The notes under the pieces were generated by a model. That model was given only the letters and a program-made list of their open reading frames with translations, was not told the DNA's origin and did not search any database. A stretch of 64,000 nucleotides of DNA from Synechococcus sp. (GTDB lineage: Bacteria; Cyanobacteriota; Cyanobacteriia; PCC-6307; Cyanobiaceae). Made by a program: the position numbers and the translations under genes. Location of the stretch: assembly GCA_047285305.1 (NCBI GenBank), contig JBJBDL010000003.1:1728001-1792000 (forward strand), in the 5' to 3' direction. This document shows positions 29,190 to 39,371 of the stretch, one piece after another (position 1 is the first letter of the stretch; each line of letters opens with the position of its first letter).

Positions 29190-30545
29190 CGGCCCTTCGA
29201 GGCCAACCGGGATGCGGAGAGCCCCAATCGCAACCTGACCCCAATCACCACAGAACTCGACAGCACCGACCGTCTTGTTGTGGGCGGGTGTCGTCTCAGC
29301 GACCTGGCCGAGCGTTACGGCACACCGTTATATGTGGTGGACGAAGCCACCGTTCGGGCCACGTGCCGGGCCTACCGCCAGGCCCTGGAAAAGCATTACG
29401 TAGGGCCATCCCTGCCGATCTACGCCTCCAAGGCCAACAGCTCCCTGGTGATGAGCAGCCTTGCGGCCTCTGAGGGGCTGGGTCTGGATGCGGTGTCAGC
29501 CGGTGAACTGCTGACCGCACTGCGTGGGGGAATGCCCGGGGAGCGGATGGTCCTGCACGGCAACAACAAATCCGACGAGGAGCTGCTGCTCGCCTACGCC
29601 AACAAGGTGACGATCGTTGTGGACAACCAGCACGATCTCGATCGCCTCGCCGAACTGGTGCCCGCTGGAGCCGAACCGGCGCGCCTGATGCTGCGCTTCA
29701 CCCCCGGCATCGAGTGCCACACGCACGAATACATCCGCACTGGCCACCTGGACAGCAAGTTCGGCTTCGATCCCGACCAGGTGGAACCCGTGCTCCGCAG
29801 CCTGGTTGGGAAGCCCTGGGCCCAACTCAACGGGCTGCACGCCCACATCGGATCCCAGATTTTTGAACTCGAGCCCCACCGGGATCTGGCGGCAGTGATG
29901 GCCGACAAGCTGAAGCTGGCCCGTGACCTGGGCCATCCCGTTAGCGACCTCAATGTGGGCGGTGGCCTGGGCATTCGCTACGTGGAGTCGGACGACCCCC
30001 CGAGCATTGAGCAGTGGATCCAGGTGGTGGCCGAAGCCGTTACCAGCGCTTGTCATGAACGGGGCCTCGAGCTGCCGCGGTTGATGTGCGAACCGGGCCG
30101 TTCCCTGGTGGCGACCGCCGGTGTGACCTTGTACTCGGTGGGCTCGCGCAAAACGATCCCAAACGTGCGCACCTACGTGGCCATCGACGGTGGCATGAGC
30201 GACAACCCTCGCCCGATCACCTACCAGTCGCTCTACACCTGCTGCCTGGCCGATCGCCCCCTGGCCAAGCCAGACGAAAGCGTGAACCTGGTAGGCAAGC
30301 ACTGCGAATCCGGCGACGTGCTTCTTAAGGACCTGCCCCTGCCCACCACGGAAAGCGGTGACATCGTCGCCGTGTTTGCTACCGGTGCCTACAACGCCTC
30401 GATGAGTTCGAACTACAACCGGATCCCGAGGCCCGCTGCCGTTCTGGTGCACGACGGAGCAGCTGAACTGGTGCAGAAGCGGGAGCAGCCGGATGACCTG
30501 CTGCGCTACGACGTTTTGCCAGAACGATTCAACGCGTTACGTTGA
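29166..30545 (+). CDS. lysA: Diaminopimelate decarboxylase
   Basis: YGTPLY, YASKA, HGNNKS, HAHIGSQI, EPGRS, GKHCESGD and GAYNASMSSNYN motifs. Confidence 0.97.
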   Translation: MTQTITSQRPFEANRDAESPNRNLTPITTELDSTDRLVVGGCRLSDLAERYGTPLYVVDEATVRATCRAYRQALEKHYVGPSLPIYASKANSSLVMSSLAASEGLGLDAVSAGELLTALRGGMPGERMVLHGNNKSDEELLLAYANKVTIVVDNQHDLDRLAELVPAGAEPARLMLRFTPGIECHTHEYIRTGHLDSKFGFDPDQVEPVLRSLVGKPWAQLNGLHAHIGSQIFELEPHRDLAAVMADKLKLARDLGHPVSDLNVGGGLGIRYVESDDPPSIEQWIQVVAEAVTSACHERGLELPRLMCEPGRSLVATAGVTLYSVGSRKTIPNVRTYVAIDGGMSDNPRPITYQSLYTCCLADRPLAKPDESVNLVGKHCESGDVLLKDLPLPTTESGDIVAVFATGAYNASMSSNYNRIPRPAAVLVHDGAAELVQKREQPDDLLRYDVLPERFNALR

Positions 30546-30567
30546 CTGCAGTGATGAGAAGGGCGGA

Positions 30568-31398
30568 GTGAACGTGTTGGCGGTGGTGGATCCGCGCCTG
30601 GTGCTCGACGTTCTCTTTGCCTCTTCCATCGGCTTTCTGCTTTTTTCCCGCGTCAACGAGCAGCGGACCCTCTGGCTGCTTCGGGGTTGGTTATTTCTTG
30701 TGGCGATGGCCTGGTTCGTCCAGCGCTTCGCCAACCTGCCCCTCACCACAAAGCTGGTGGACGCGCTCGTCATGGCCTGTTCGCTCTCCCTGGCCATCCT
30801 TTGGCAGGGGGAGCTCCGGCGCCTGATGGAGCTGCTGGGGACCGGTCGTCTGGCCGTGTTGCTGGGCAATCCCCAGAAAGAGTTCAGCGCCTCGGCAGGC
30901 ACCGTCAGCCAGATCACCGAGGCCGCGGGCCGGCTGTCGCAGTTGCGGCGTGGAGCCTTGATCGTGGTGGACCTGGGGAGCGACCTGAGGCCTGAGGACT
31001 TTCTCAATCCCGGCATCCCCATTGGTGCGGTGCTGAGTCGCGAGCTGATGCTCAACCTGTTCGCCGCCGACACCCCCCTTCACGACGGTGCCGTGCTGGT
31101 GCGGGGCAATCGAATCGAATCGGCGGGAGTGATTCTTCCCCTCTCCAGGGACAGCGTGAGCCGTTTCGGCACCCGCCATCTGGCGGCCCTCGGGATCACC
31201 GAACGCTTCGATCGCTGCATCTGCATTGTTGTGTCGGAAGAAACCGGCACGCTGTCTCTGGCGAACCAGGGCAAGCTGGAACGACCGATCACCAGTTCGC
31301 GCCTCCAGGAATTGCTCAGGGAGCTGTTCAGCAGCGCCGAATCGATGCCGCCAGCGCGACGTACGGTGGGTAGCGCTCCGTCCGAATCGCTGTCTTGA
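30568..31398 (+). CDS. cdaA: Diadenylate cyclase (CdaA, DisA_N domain)
   Basis: Three N-terminal TMs, PLHDGA, GTRH.AA and VSEETG; conserved lysA-cdaA-uppS order. Confidence 0.9.
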   Translation: MNVLAVVDPRLVLDVLFASSIGFLLFSRVNEQRTLWLLRGWLFLVAMAWFVQRFANLPLTTKLVDALVMACSLSLAILWQGELRRLMELLGTGRLAVLLGNPQKEFSASAGTVSQITEAAGRLSQLRRGALIVVDLGSDLRPEDFLNPGIPIGAVLSRELMLNLFAADTPLHDGAVLVRGNRIESAGVILPLSRDSVSRFGTRHLAALGITERFDRCICIVVSEETGTLSLANQGKLERPITSSRLQELLRELFSSAESMPPARRTVGSAPSESLS

Positions 31399-32177
31399 GC
31401 CGCTCTCCGGCCACCAGCACTGACACGGCCGATCGTTCGCTTCTGCCTGCGGACCTCGACCCGGGTCGGCTCCCGCAGCACGTGGCTCTGATCATGGATG
31501 GCAACGGTCGCTGGGCGAAATCCCGCGGTTTGCCCCGCGTAATGGGGCATCGTGCCGGGGTTGAAGCGCTGAAAGCCACCCTGCGACTATGCAGCGACTG
31601 GGGGATCCACGCCCTTACGGCCTATGCCTTCTCCACGGAGAATTGGTCGCGCCCAGGGGAGGAAGTGAACTTCCTGATGACCCTGTTCGAACGGGTGTTG
31701 CAAGCCGAACTACAGGCCCTAGAAGCCGAACAGGTGCGGATTCGCTTTCTCGGCGATCTGAAAGCCCTGCCCCAGAAACTGCAGGATCTGATTGCCGACG
31801 CCACCGCCCGGACGGCGTGCAACAACGGCATTCACTTCAACGTCTGCACCAACTACGGCGGACGACGGGAGCTGGTGCAAGCCGCTCAGCGTCTGGCCCA
31901 ACGCGCTGCTGCCGGGGAACTGGACCCCGACAGCATCGACGAGAACAGCATCGCCGCCGAACTGTTCACGGCTGGCGAACAGGATCCCGATCTGTTGATC
32001 CGCACCAGCGGGGAACACCGGATCAGCAATTTCCTGCTCTGGCAGCTGGCCTACGCCGAAATTCACGTCACCGATGTGCTCTGGCCTGACTTCAATGCCG
32101 ATGCATTGAAAGCCGCCCTGCTCGATTTCCAGCGTCGCCACCGCCGCTTCGGCGGTCTTGATCCGATCCGCCCATGA
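31395..32177 (+). CDS. uppS: Isoprenyl transferase (undecaprenyl diphosphate synthase)
   Basis: [23 protein letters not shown] and [15 protein letters not shown] motifs. Confidence 0.97.
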   Translation: MSRSPATSTDTADRSLLPADLDPGRLPQHVALIMDGNGRWAKSRGLPRVMGHRAGVEALKATLRLCSDWGIHALTAYAFSTENWSRPGEEVNFLMTLFERVLQAELQALEAEQVRIRFLGDLKALPQKLQDLIADATARTACNNGIHFNVCTNYGGRRELVQAAQRLAQRAAAGELDPDSIDENSIAAELFTAGEQDPDLLIRTSGEHRISNFLLWQLAYAEIHVTDVLWPDFNADALKAALLDFQRRHRRFGGLDPIRP

Positions 32178-33169
32178 CCCTCAGCATCCGCCACGACTGG
32201 ACCACCGTGGAGATCCAGACCCTGCTGGAACTTCCCTTGATGGAGCTGCTCTGGCAAGCCCAAACCGTGCATCGGGAAGCCAACCCGGGCTACCGGGTGC
32301 AGCTGGCCTCTCTGCTGAGCGTGAAAACGGGGGGCTGCGAAGAAGACTGTGCCTACTGCTCTCAGTCGATCCACAACAGCAGTGACGTGACGGCCTTTGA
32401 GGCCCAGATGCAGGTGGAGCCGGTGCTTCAGCGGGCCCGGGCCGCCAAGGAAGCCGGTGCTGATCGCTTCTGCATGGGCTGGGCCTGGCGCGAGATCCGC
32501 GATGGCGCTCCCTTTGAGGCGATGCTCGAGATGGTGCGGGGCGTGCGCGACATGGGGATGGAAGCCTGCGTGACCGCTGGGATGCTCACCGACCAACAAG
32601 CGGAACGCTTGGCCGAAGCCGGCCTCACGGCCTACAACCACAACCTCGACACCAGCCCCGAGCACTACGACAGGATCATCTCCACCCGCACCTATCAGGA
32701 ACGGCTGGAAACCCTGCAGCGGGTGCGCAAGGCCGGCGTCACCCTCTGCTGCGGCGGCATCATCGGCATGGGTGAGACCCTGCGGGACCGCGCCTCCATG
32801 CTGCAGGTGCTGGCCAGCATGAACCCCCATCCCGAAAGCGTTCCGGTGAACGGGCTGGTGGCGGTGGAGGGCACCCCTTTGGAAGAGCAGGCACCCTTCG
32901 AACCGCTGGAGCTGGTGCGGATGGTGGCGACCGCAAGGATCCTGATGCCCCATGCCCGGGTGCGGTTGAGCGCCGGCCGTGAATCGATGAGCCGGGAAGC
33001 GCAGATCCTCTGCCTACAGGCGGGAGCCGATTCGATCTTCTACGGCGATGTTCTGCTCACGACCGGCAACCCGGACGTGGAGGCCGACCGCCAACTGCTC
33101 GCCGATGCGGGGGTGACCGCCAACTGGCAGGAGGGCGCGGCAGCTCCGGTCAACTGCTCGCCCCGCTGA
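32174..33169 (+). CDS. bioB: Biotin synthase
   Basis: [22 protein letters not shown] and RLSAGR motifs. Confidence 0.97.
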   Translation: MTLSIRHDWTTVEIQTLLELPLMELLWQAQTVHREANPGYRVQLASLLSVKTGGCEEDCAYCSQSIHNSSDVTAFEAQMQVEPVLQRARAAKEAGADRFCMGWAWREIRDGAPFEAMLEMVRGVRDMGMEACVTAGMLTDQQAERLAEAGLTAYNHNLDTSPEHYDRIISTRTYQERLETLQRVRKAGVTLCCGGIIGMGETLRDRASMLQVLASMNPHPESVPVNGLVAVEGTPLEEQAPFEPLELVRMVATARILMPHARVRLSAGRESMSREAQILCLQAGADSIFYGDVLLTTGNPDVEADRQLLADAGVTANWQEGAAAPVNCSPR

Positions 33170-33257
33170 TCAGCTGCCCCAAGTAACGATCACTCCACTG
33201 GCACACAGGTTGAGCGGGCGCAGAGCTAGACCGGAAAAGGCCCTTCGATGAGGCACC

Positions 33258-33365
33258 GTGATTGATCCCATCGTCATCCCCTCGCTGTTCGGTCTGTTTG
33301 TTCTCTCGGTCATCCTTGAAACCATCAAAGACGACAAGCAGCGCCACCACCATCACCGCTATTGA
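33258..33365 (+). CDS. Putative 35-aa membrane peptide with a His4 tail (not in the ORF track)
   Basis: GTG start after GAGG; MIDPIVIPSLFGLFVLSVILETIKDDKQRHHHHRY*. Confidence 0.45.
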   Translation: MIDPIVIPSLFGLFVLSVILETIKDDKQRHHHHRY

Positions 33366-33487
33366 GATCCGGCCAGACAGGTGATGCGCGGACATTTCCG
33401 ACTGTCACCAACCGGAAACACTGCACAAAAAACTCATTGTGAGTGGCGTCCCTATTGAGCTACACCGTGTTGGTCTGTGGCTCAGCC

Positions 33488-33613
33488 ATGAAGATCGACA
33501 GCGCGAACGCTCAACCGATGGGAAGCCTGATCTTTGAAGGGGGACACAAGCCCTTCCATGCCCTGGCCTGCCCCCTGAAGCCGGCTTCGGTGCGGATCAG
33601 CAGGAAAGCCTGA
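33488..33613 (+). CDS. Putative 41-aa small protein (not in the ORF track)
   Basis: MKIDSANAQPMGSLIFEGGHKPFHALACPLKPASVRISRKA*; mostly G/C third codon positions; fills the gap before trhO. Confidence 0.5.
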   Translation: MKIDSANAQPMGSLIFEGGHKPFHALACPLKPASVRISRKA

Positions 33614-33679
33614 GGACCAACAAAGCGTTTGCACGCCCCGGCCTGATGCAGGCTGGAGGACTGTTGAACCGGTAACAGC

Positions 33680-34663
33680 GTGGATCCGAGCAACCTGGAG
33701 CCTGTGCTGGAGAAGGACAGCCGACTCCTGGTGGCGGCTTTCTATGCCTTCACGCCCCTGGATGACGAGCGTCGGGAGGCATTGCTGACCCGCTTGCCTA
33801 GCCTGGCTCGAGAAGGCAGCGTGGTCGGATCTCTGTTGGTGGCTCATGAAGGGGTGAACGGCACGATCAGTGGACCGGAATCAGCTGTTGATGCGGTGCT
33901 GGATCACCTGCGTGCCTCGTTGGATCTGGGCGACGACCACTACGCACGGCTCGAGGTGAAGCGCAGCTGGGCCGAAAAACCAGTGTTCCGCCGCTTCAAG
34001 GCCCGGCGCAAAAAGGAGATCGTGACCATCGGCGTGGCCAGCGTGGATCCCAGCACCAGCGTGGGCACCTATGTGGAACCCGAAAACTGGAATGCCCTGG
34101 TAGATGATCCCGACACCCTGGTAATCGACACCCGCAACAGCTACGAAACAGCGATCGGCACCTTCGAGGGGGCCATCGACCCCAGCACCGAGAGCTTCCG
34201 TGAATTCCCGCAATGGGCAGAGTCCATGCTGCGGCCCCTGATCGAACAGCAGGGCAGCAAGCGCATCGCCATGTTCTGCACCGGCGGGATCCGCTGCGAA
34301 AAAGCCAGCAGCTACCTGCAGCAACAGGGTTTCGGGGAGGTGCACCACCTGCGCGGCGGCATCCTCAAGTACCTCGAGCAGGTTCCGGAAGCCGAGAGCC
34401 GCTGGCAAGGGGAGTGCTTTGTTTTTGATCAACGGGTGGCGTTGAACCACCGACTCGAACCTGGAGAGCACAGCCTTTGCCACGCCTGCGGCCTACCGGT
34501 GTCAGCCCAGCAACGCGAACTGCCGAGCTACATCAAGGGGGTGCAGTGCGTTCACTGCGTGGATCGCTTCACCGATGCCGACCGGGAACGCTTCGCCATG
34601 CGACAGCGTCAGATCGATCAACGCCAGATGGACCAACACAACATCGACCAGCAGAAGGCCTGA
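33680..34663 (+). CDS. trhO: tRNA uridine(34) hydroxylase (UPF0176 rhodanese-related)
   Basis: EGVNGT, IDTRNSYE, MFCTGGIRCEKA, GGILKY, CFVFDQR and C-terminal Cys pairs. Confidence 0.92.
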   Translation: MDPSNLEPVLEKDSRLLVAAFYAFTPLDDERREALLTRLPSLAREGSVVGSLLVAHEGVNGTISGPESAVDAVLDHLRASLDLGDDHYARLEVKRSWAEKPVFRRFKARRKKEIVTIGVASVDPSTSVGTYVEPENWNALVDDPDTLVIDTRNSYETAIGTFEGAIDPSTESFREFPQWAESMLRPLIEQQGSKRIAMFCTGGIRCEKASSYLQQQGFGEVHHLRGGILKYLEQVPEAESRWQGECFVFDQRVALNHRLEPGEHSLCHACGLPVSAQQRELPSYIKGVQCVHCVDRFTDADRERFAMRQRQIDQRQMDQHNIDQQKA

Positions 34664-34711
34664 GCAGTTAGTCCGCATCGGACAATCCCTGACAGGGACC
34701 ACCCCGATGCC

Positions 34712-35683
34712 GTGCTGCCGATCCTCTACAGCTTTCGACGCTGCCCGTACGCCATGCGCGCCCGCTGGGCTCTGCTGGAGGCAGGACTGTTGGTTCAGTG
34801 GCGAGAGATCGCACTGAAGGCCAAACCGGCTGAGATGTTGGCGGTCTCCCCCAAGGGCACCGTGCCCGTTTTGGTGCTGCCGGATGGCACCGTGATCGAG
34901 GAAAGCCTGGCGGTGATGCACTGGGCCCTGGATCAAGCAGACCCTCGCGAGCTGCGCAACGCCGGCGATGCCTCAGCGCTGATCGAGCAGAACGACGGTG
35001 CTTTCAAACATCATCTCGACCGCTTCAAGTACACCGACCGCTACCCCGGCACCAACAAAGAGGAGCAACGCGCCGCCGGGCTGGCCATCCTTCAAAACTG
35101 GAACCAGAGGATCGCTGATCAGGGCTGGCTGCTGGGAGAGCGCTGCTCGCTGGCAGATGCCGCGCTCTGGCCGTTCGTGCGGCAGTGGCGCATCGCCGAT
35201 CCCGAGGGATTCGACAACGACAACAGCCTGGAGGCCCTCCGCCACTGGCTCCAGCGTTTCCTCGAGGATCCCCGCTTTGAGCGGCTGATGCAGCGGGCCG
35301 ACCTCTGGAATGCCGGGGGGCAACAACACCACTTCCCCGCCGATGCTGTGGCGGTGCCCTTGGATCAGCCCCTGTTTCACCTGGCCCTCAAGGCCGACTG
35401 GCAGGCCGCACAGGCCAACGCCAGCTACCGCATCTCCACCCGGGGAATGAGCTTGAAGCAGGCGGGCTTCATCCACTGCTCCTGGCAGGAGCAGGTGAAG
35501 GCCACCTTTGAGCGGTTCTACGCCGACTGCGGCGAGGTGCTTCTGCTTGAAATTGATCCCGCCGCCGTGAACGCTCCCCTGCGGGCCGATGCCATCCCCA
35601 CCGGCGAACTGTTCCCCCATCTCTACGGGCCACTGCCCCTGAAAGCGGTGAGCTCGGTCGGCACCATGCAGGCGGCAGCATGA
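34712..35683 (+). CDS. Glutathione S-transferase-like protein fused to a DUF952 domain
   Basis: YSFRRCPYAMRAR, SPKGTVPVL and HLDRFKY; C-terminal GFIHCS...FPHLYGPL. Confidence 0.85.
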   Translation: MLPILYSFRRCPYAMRARWALLEAGLLVQWREIALKAKPAEMLAVSPKGTVPVLVLPDGTVIEESLAVMHWALDQADPRELRNAGDASALIEQNDGAFKHHLDRFKYTDRYPGTNKEEQRAAGLAILQNWNQRIADQGWLLGERCSLADAALWPFVRQWRIADPEGFDNDNSLEALRHWLQRFLEDPRFERLMQRADLWNAGGQQHHFPADAVAVPLDQPLFHLALKADWQAAQANASYRISTRGMSLKQAGFIHCSWQEQVKATFERFYADCGEVLLLEIDPAAVNAPLRADAIPTGELFPHLYGPLPLKAVSSVGTMQAAA

Positions 35684-35693
35684 CTGAACGACC

Positions 35694-36215
35694 ATGACCG
35701 TGGCCGGATCCCGATCGATGCTTGAGCAGTTAGAAGCCGAAGCCCGCGAACGGGGACTGCTGCTGCGGTTGCAGGTGGGCCGCCCCCTGGGGCTGTGGAG
35801 CCTGCGGCTGGTGGTGGCAGGGCAAGCCGCCAGCGGCAGCCTGCTGCTGCTGGGGGAAATGAAGGGATGGGCCTATCCCGCCGCCACGGGCCTGCAACTC
35901 GACACGATGCGGGTGATGCCGAAGACTCCTGCCGGAGTGGGTGATCTGATCTGGGCGGCCACCATGGCCTGGGCCCAGGAGGCCACCCCCTGCTCACGGG
36001 CCCGGTTGCTGGCCATCCGCGACGACGAGCAGCAGCACCGCCGGCTGGTGCGCTACTTCCGCCAACGCGGCTTCAGCAAATCCCGTGATGTGGAAGCGGC
36101 GCTGTGGGATCTGCCCCTGCGCATGGTCTGGGGCGGTGCCGGGGCCCTGATGAGTGGTGATCTGGCCACCGTTCTGGAGCGCAGTCTGCGGGGCTGGCGT
36201 CAGTCAGCGGCGTGA
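35694..36215 (+). CDS. Conserved hypothetical protein (possible GNAT-like fold)
   Basis: [25 protein letters not shown] and WGGAG; co-oriented with the upstream gene. Confidence 0.65.
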   Translation: MTVAGSRSMLEQLEAEARERGLLLRLQVGRPLGLWSLRLVVAGQAASGSLLLLGEMKGWAYPAATGLQLDTMRVMPKTPAGVGDLIWAATMAWAQEATPCSRARLLAIRDDEQQHRRLVRYFRQRGFSKSRDVEAALWDLPLRMVWGGAGALMSGDLATVLERSLRGWRQSAA

Positions 36216-37099
36216 TAGCTGCTGCGCACCAGCGGCCCACTGCGCACCTGGGCAAAGCCCAACTCACGGGCCACGTCCGCCAGCTCATCGAACTCCTGGG
36301 GCGTCCAATAGCGGGCCACCGGAATGTGAACCAGTGAGGGGCGCAGGTACTGCCCCAGGGTGATCCGTTGGCAATCCACGGCGCGGAGGTCCTTGAGGGT
36401 GGCGATTACCTCATCGCGGTTCTCGCCCAAGCCGAGCATCAGGCCACTCTTGGTGGGGATCTCAGGAGCCAGCTCGCGGGCGGCCGCCAGCAAACCCAGG
36501 GATCGTTCATAGGTGGCACCGCGGCGCACCTCCCCCTGCAACCGCTGCACCGTTTCCAGGTTGTGGTTGAAGCACACTGGTTGGGCAGCGAGCACCGTGG
36601 CCAGCCGCTCCCGTTGAGCCACCAAAGCCTGATCGTGATTCGCCACGCCCCCCCAGAAATCGGGGGTGAGCACCTCAAGGGCGATCAGCGGATTGCGGGC
36701 TCGGATCGCCGCCATGGTGCTGGTGAAAAGGCTGGCGCCGTGATCGGCGAGATCGTCGCGAGCGACCGCCGTGAGCACCACATAACGGAGCTGCATCGCC
36801 TCCACCGCATCGGCCACCCGCTCCGCTTCCGCGGCATCCAGCAGCATCGGGGCCTGGCCCTTGTCCACCTGGCAGAAGGCACAACTGCGGGTGCAAATCG
36901 AGCCGCCCAACAGGAACGTAGCCGTTCCGGCGGCGTAGCACTCGCCGCGGTTGGGGCAGCGCCCCTCCTCACAGATGGTGTGCAGCCGGTTCTGCTTCAC
37001 CAGCCCCTGCACCCGCTCCAACTCAGAGGCATTGCCGATCGGCCGCCGCAGCCAGTCCGGCAGTCGCTCGGCGGGAGTGATGGCGCTGTACTTGCTCAT
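36200..37099 (-). CDS. lipA: Lipoyl synthase
   Basis: [34 protein letters not shown] and RSSY motifs. Confidence 0.97.
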   Translation of the reverse strand: MSKYSAITPAERLPDWLRRPIGNASELERVQGLVKQNRLHTICEEGRCPNRGECYAAGTATFLLGGSICTRSCAFCQVDKGQAPMLLDAAEAERVADAVEAMQLRYVVLTAVARDDLADHGASLFTSTMAAIRARNPLIALEVLTPDFWGGVANHDQALVAQRERLATVLAAQPVCFNHNLETVQRLQGEVRRGATYERSLGLLAAARELAPEIPTKSGLMLGLGENRDEVIATLKDLRAVDCQRITLGQYLRPSLVHIPVARYWTPQEFDELADVARELGFAQVRSGPLVRSSYHAAD

Positions 37100-37755
37100 A
37101 CTGGGCGGCGCCCCTCAAGGGCCCTGCTCAGGGTGACCTCATCGGCATATTCCAGTTCACTGCCCATCGGCAGGCCATAGGCGATCCGGCTCACCGAGCA
37201 GAAGGGCTTCAGCAATCTCCCCAGATACAAGCTGGTTGTGTCCCCTTCCACGCTGGGGGTGAGGGCCAGGATCACCTCACTGATCTCCTCATTGGTGATG
37301 CGCTGCACCAATTCGGTGACATGCAGCAGCTCCGGACCAATGCCATCCATAGGTGAGATCAGGCCACCGAGAACGTGGTAAAGCCCCTGAAATTCGCGGG
37401 TGCGCTCCAGCGCAAGCAGATCGCGGGAATCGGCCACCACGCAGATCACGCCGTTGCGGCGCTCGGGGTTGCGGCAGATCTCACATTCGGGATCAGCGGA
37501 GAGGTGGAAACAGGTCTGGCACTGGCCCACCTGGGTACGGGCCGCCAACAAAGCGTCAGCGAACTGATGAATCTGCTCCTGCGGTTGATTCAGCAGATGC
37601 AAAGCGAGCCGCTGGGCCGTGCGCGGGCCGATGCCGGGCAGACGCTCGAACTGATCAATCAGTCGGGCCAACGGTTTGGTGAAGCCGCTCAGGGGTCTGC
37701 CGCCAATGCGAGAAATGTAGGAGTTGCTTCGATCATCTGCCGCAAAAGTGGTCAC
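37096..37755 (-). CDS. recR: Recombination mediator RecR
   Basis: [14 protein letters not shown]4 zinc finger, YHVLGG, EGDTT and LEYADEVTL; true start probably near 37692. Confidence 0.96.
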   Translation of the reverse strand: MTTFAADDRSNSYISRIGGRPLSGFTKPLARLIDQFERLPGIGPRTAQRLALHLLNQPQEQIHQFADALLAARTQVGQCQTCFHLSADPECEICRNPERRNGVICVVADSRDLLALERTREFQGLYHVLGGLISPMDGIGPELLHVTELVQRITNEEISEVILALTPSVEGDTTSLYLGRLLKPFCSVSRIAYGLPMGSELEYADEVTLSRALEGRRPV

Positions 37756-37805
37756 GCCGATCAGGCCACAACGGCAGAATGGCTCATGGATTGATCGCCC
37801 CGCTG

Positions 37806-38360
37806 ATGCAGCTCCTCCAGTCTCTGAGTCGCGTGATCATTTGCAGCGTTCTGGCACTGGTGCTGGGGGCCTGCGCAGCGGGACCGACGGCAGGGCTGCA
37901 GTCTTACCAGAGCCCGGATGGCCGTTTCGCCTTCCTCTATCCAACTGGTTGGACCGAGGTGCAGGTGAGCAACGGACCCAGGGTGGTGTTTCACGACCTG
38001 ATCCACAGCGATGAAACCGTGAGCCTGATGATCAACAAGGTGAACGAAGACAACGAGCTGAGTGAACTGGGCAGCGCCGTTGCCGTGGGAGAGCGCCTGC
38101 GCCGTGAAGTGATCGCCACCGCCGGCAGCGGCCGCAACGCTGAGCTGGTGGAAGCACGGGAGCGTGAGGTGAATGGCCACACCTTCTACGACCTTGAATA
38201 CGCCGTACACCTGGAAGACCGCGACCGCCACGAGTTGGCGACCGTAGTGGTAGACCGCGGCCGGCTCTACACCCTGGCCACCAGCGTCAACGAAGACCGC
38301 TGGGCCAAGGTGGGTGACCTCTGCGGCCGGGTGGTGCGCTCACTGACCCTGCTGATCTGA
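37806..38360 (+). CDS. psbP: Photosystem II PsbP (CyanoP) lipoprotein
   Basis: Lipobox LGAC, FLYPTGW, VFHDLI, YDLEY and GRLYTL motifs. Confidence 0.9.
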   Translation: MQLLQSLSRVIICSVLALVLGACAAGPTAGLQSYQSPDGRFAFLYPTGWTEVQVSNGPRVVFHDLIHSDETVSLMINKVNEDNELSELGSAVAVGERLRREVIATAGSGRNAELVEAREREVNGHTFYDLEYAVHLEDRDRHELATVVVDRGRLYTLATSVNEDRWAKVGDLCGRVVRSLTLLI

Positions 38361-39305
38361 TCAGAACAGGAAGCGGAAACGCCGGCCGTTGGGATCACCT
38401 GAATCGGTGCCAGTGCTCGAGCGCGCCGGCCACTCCGTATCCAAATAACTGATGCCGTCGGCATCGAACGGAACCGCCCTCAGGCTGATGGTCTTAAGTT
38501 CGGTGGTGGCCATGGCGGTGACCAATCCACCCAGTTCCATTGGCCCCAGATCCGTCTCCAACGCCTGCCCCGCCGCAGTGATCAAGGACGGCAGGCGAAT
38601 CAGATTCTGCGGTTGTTTCATCTGCTCAAACAGCCCCTTCAGTGCCAGCTGCTGCCGTTCCAGCCGGCCGAAATCGCCGCGACCGTCGTTGCGCCAACGC
38701 AGAAAACCCTCCAGATCCTTGCCCTTCAACAGCTGAGGGCCTGGCTGCAGGTCGATCAACAGGTTCTGACTGCGATCGACGTAGTACAGGCGCTTGGGTA
38801 CATCCACATCAATGCCCCCCACCAGGTTGGCCAGGGTTTCGATCGCATCCAGGCGCACCACGATGTGATGACGGATCGGGCGGCTCATCAACAGCGATAA
38901 CTCCCGCTCCACCGCCTCCACGCCGCCATAGGCCATCAGCGCATTGAGCTTGATGCCGCCGAAGCCCTCGGCATCGATGTAGCTGTCGCGGGGGATCTGG
39001 GTGATCGACGTGGTAGTTCCATCCACCCGCACCGTGAAGATCACATCGGTGTTGCTGCCAGTGCGGTCCCGGCCCAGCACCACCACCTCCCTGGCCCCGA
39101 AGCCGGTCCACCCAGCAAACGGGTTGGCCAGCGGCGCGGGCTGAGGCAGCGCAAAGGGTTGATCTGCCGTACTGGATGGCGCCGTGATCAACCGGATCAG
39201 CGGAACCGAGAGAATCAGACCACCGCTGAGACCCGCCACCACAGCAGCAACCATCGACCAGCTGATGGGCTCAGATGACGCTTTAGCAGGGGGGGCTTGT
39301 GGCAT
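38361..39305 (-). CDS. LCP (LytR-CpsA-Psr) family protein, intact
   Basis: TM anchor, NTDVI, IPRDSY, KLN, VGGIDVDV and FLRWR..GDFGRLERQQ motifs. Confidence 0.9.
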   Translation of the reverse strand: MPQAPPAKASSEPISWSMVAAVVAGLSGGLILSVPLIRLITAPSSTADQPFALPQPAPLANPFAGWTGFGAREVVVLGRDRTGSNTDVIFTVRVDGTTTSITQIPRDSYIDAEGFGGIKLNALMAYGGVEAVERELSLLMSRPIRHHIVVRLDAIETLANLVGGIDVDVPKRLYYVDRSQNLLIDLQPGPQLLKGKDLEGFLRWRNDGRGDFGRLERQQLALKGLFEQMKQPQNLIRLPSLITAAGQALETDLGPMELGGLVTAMATTELKTISLRAVPFDADGISYLDTEWPARSSTGTDSGDPNGRRFRFLF

Positions 39306-39371
39306 GGATCACGTGCTACGAAGCATCTTGGCGCGCTCGTCCCATCTCGGGTACAGGAGCGCAGGCCTCTG

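Noticed and set aside
33150..33395. 81-aa minus-strand track ORF
   Set aside because: It overlaps the bioB end and is antisense to a more plausible plus-strand small ORF.
34609..34660. Imperfect 15-nt repeats at the trhO 3' end (IDQRQ/MDQHN/IDQQK)
   Set aside because: This is a short, degenerate coding repeat in a variable tail with no spacers, so it is not CRISPR-like.
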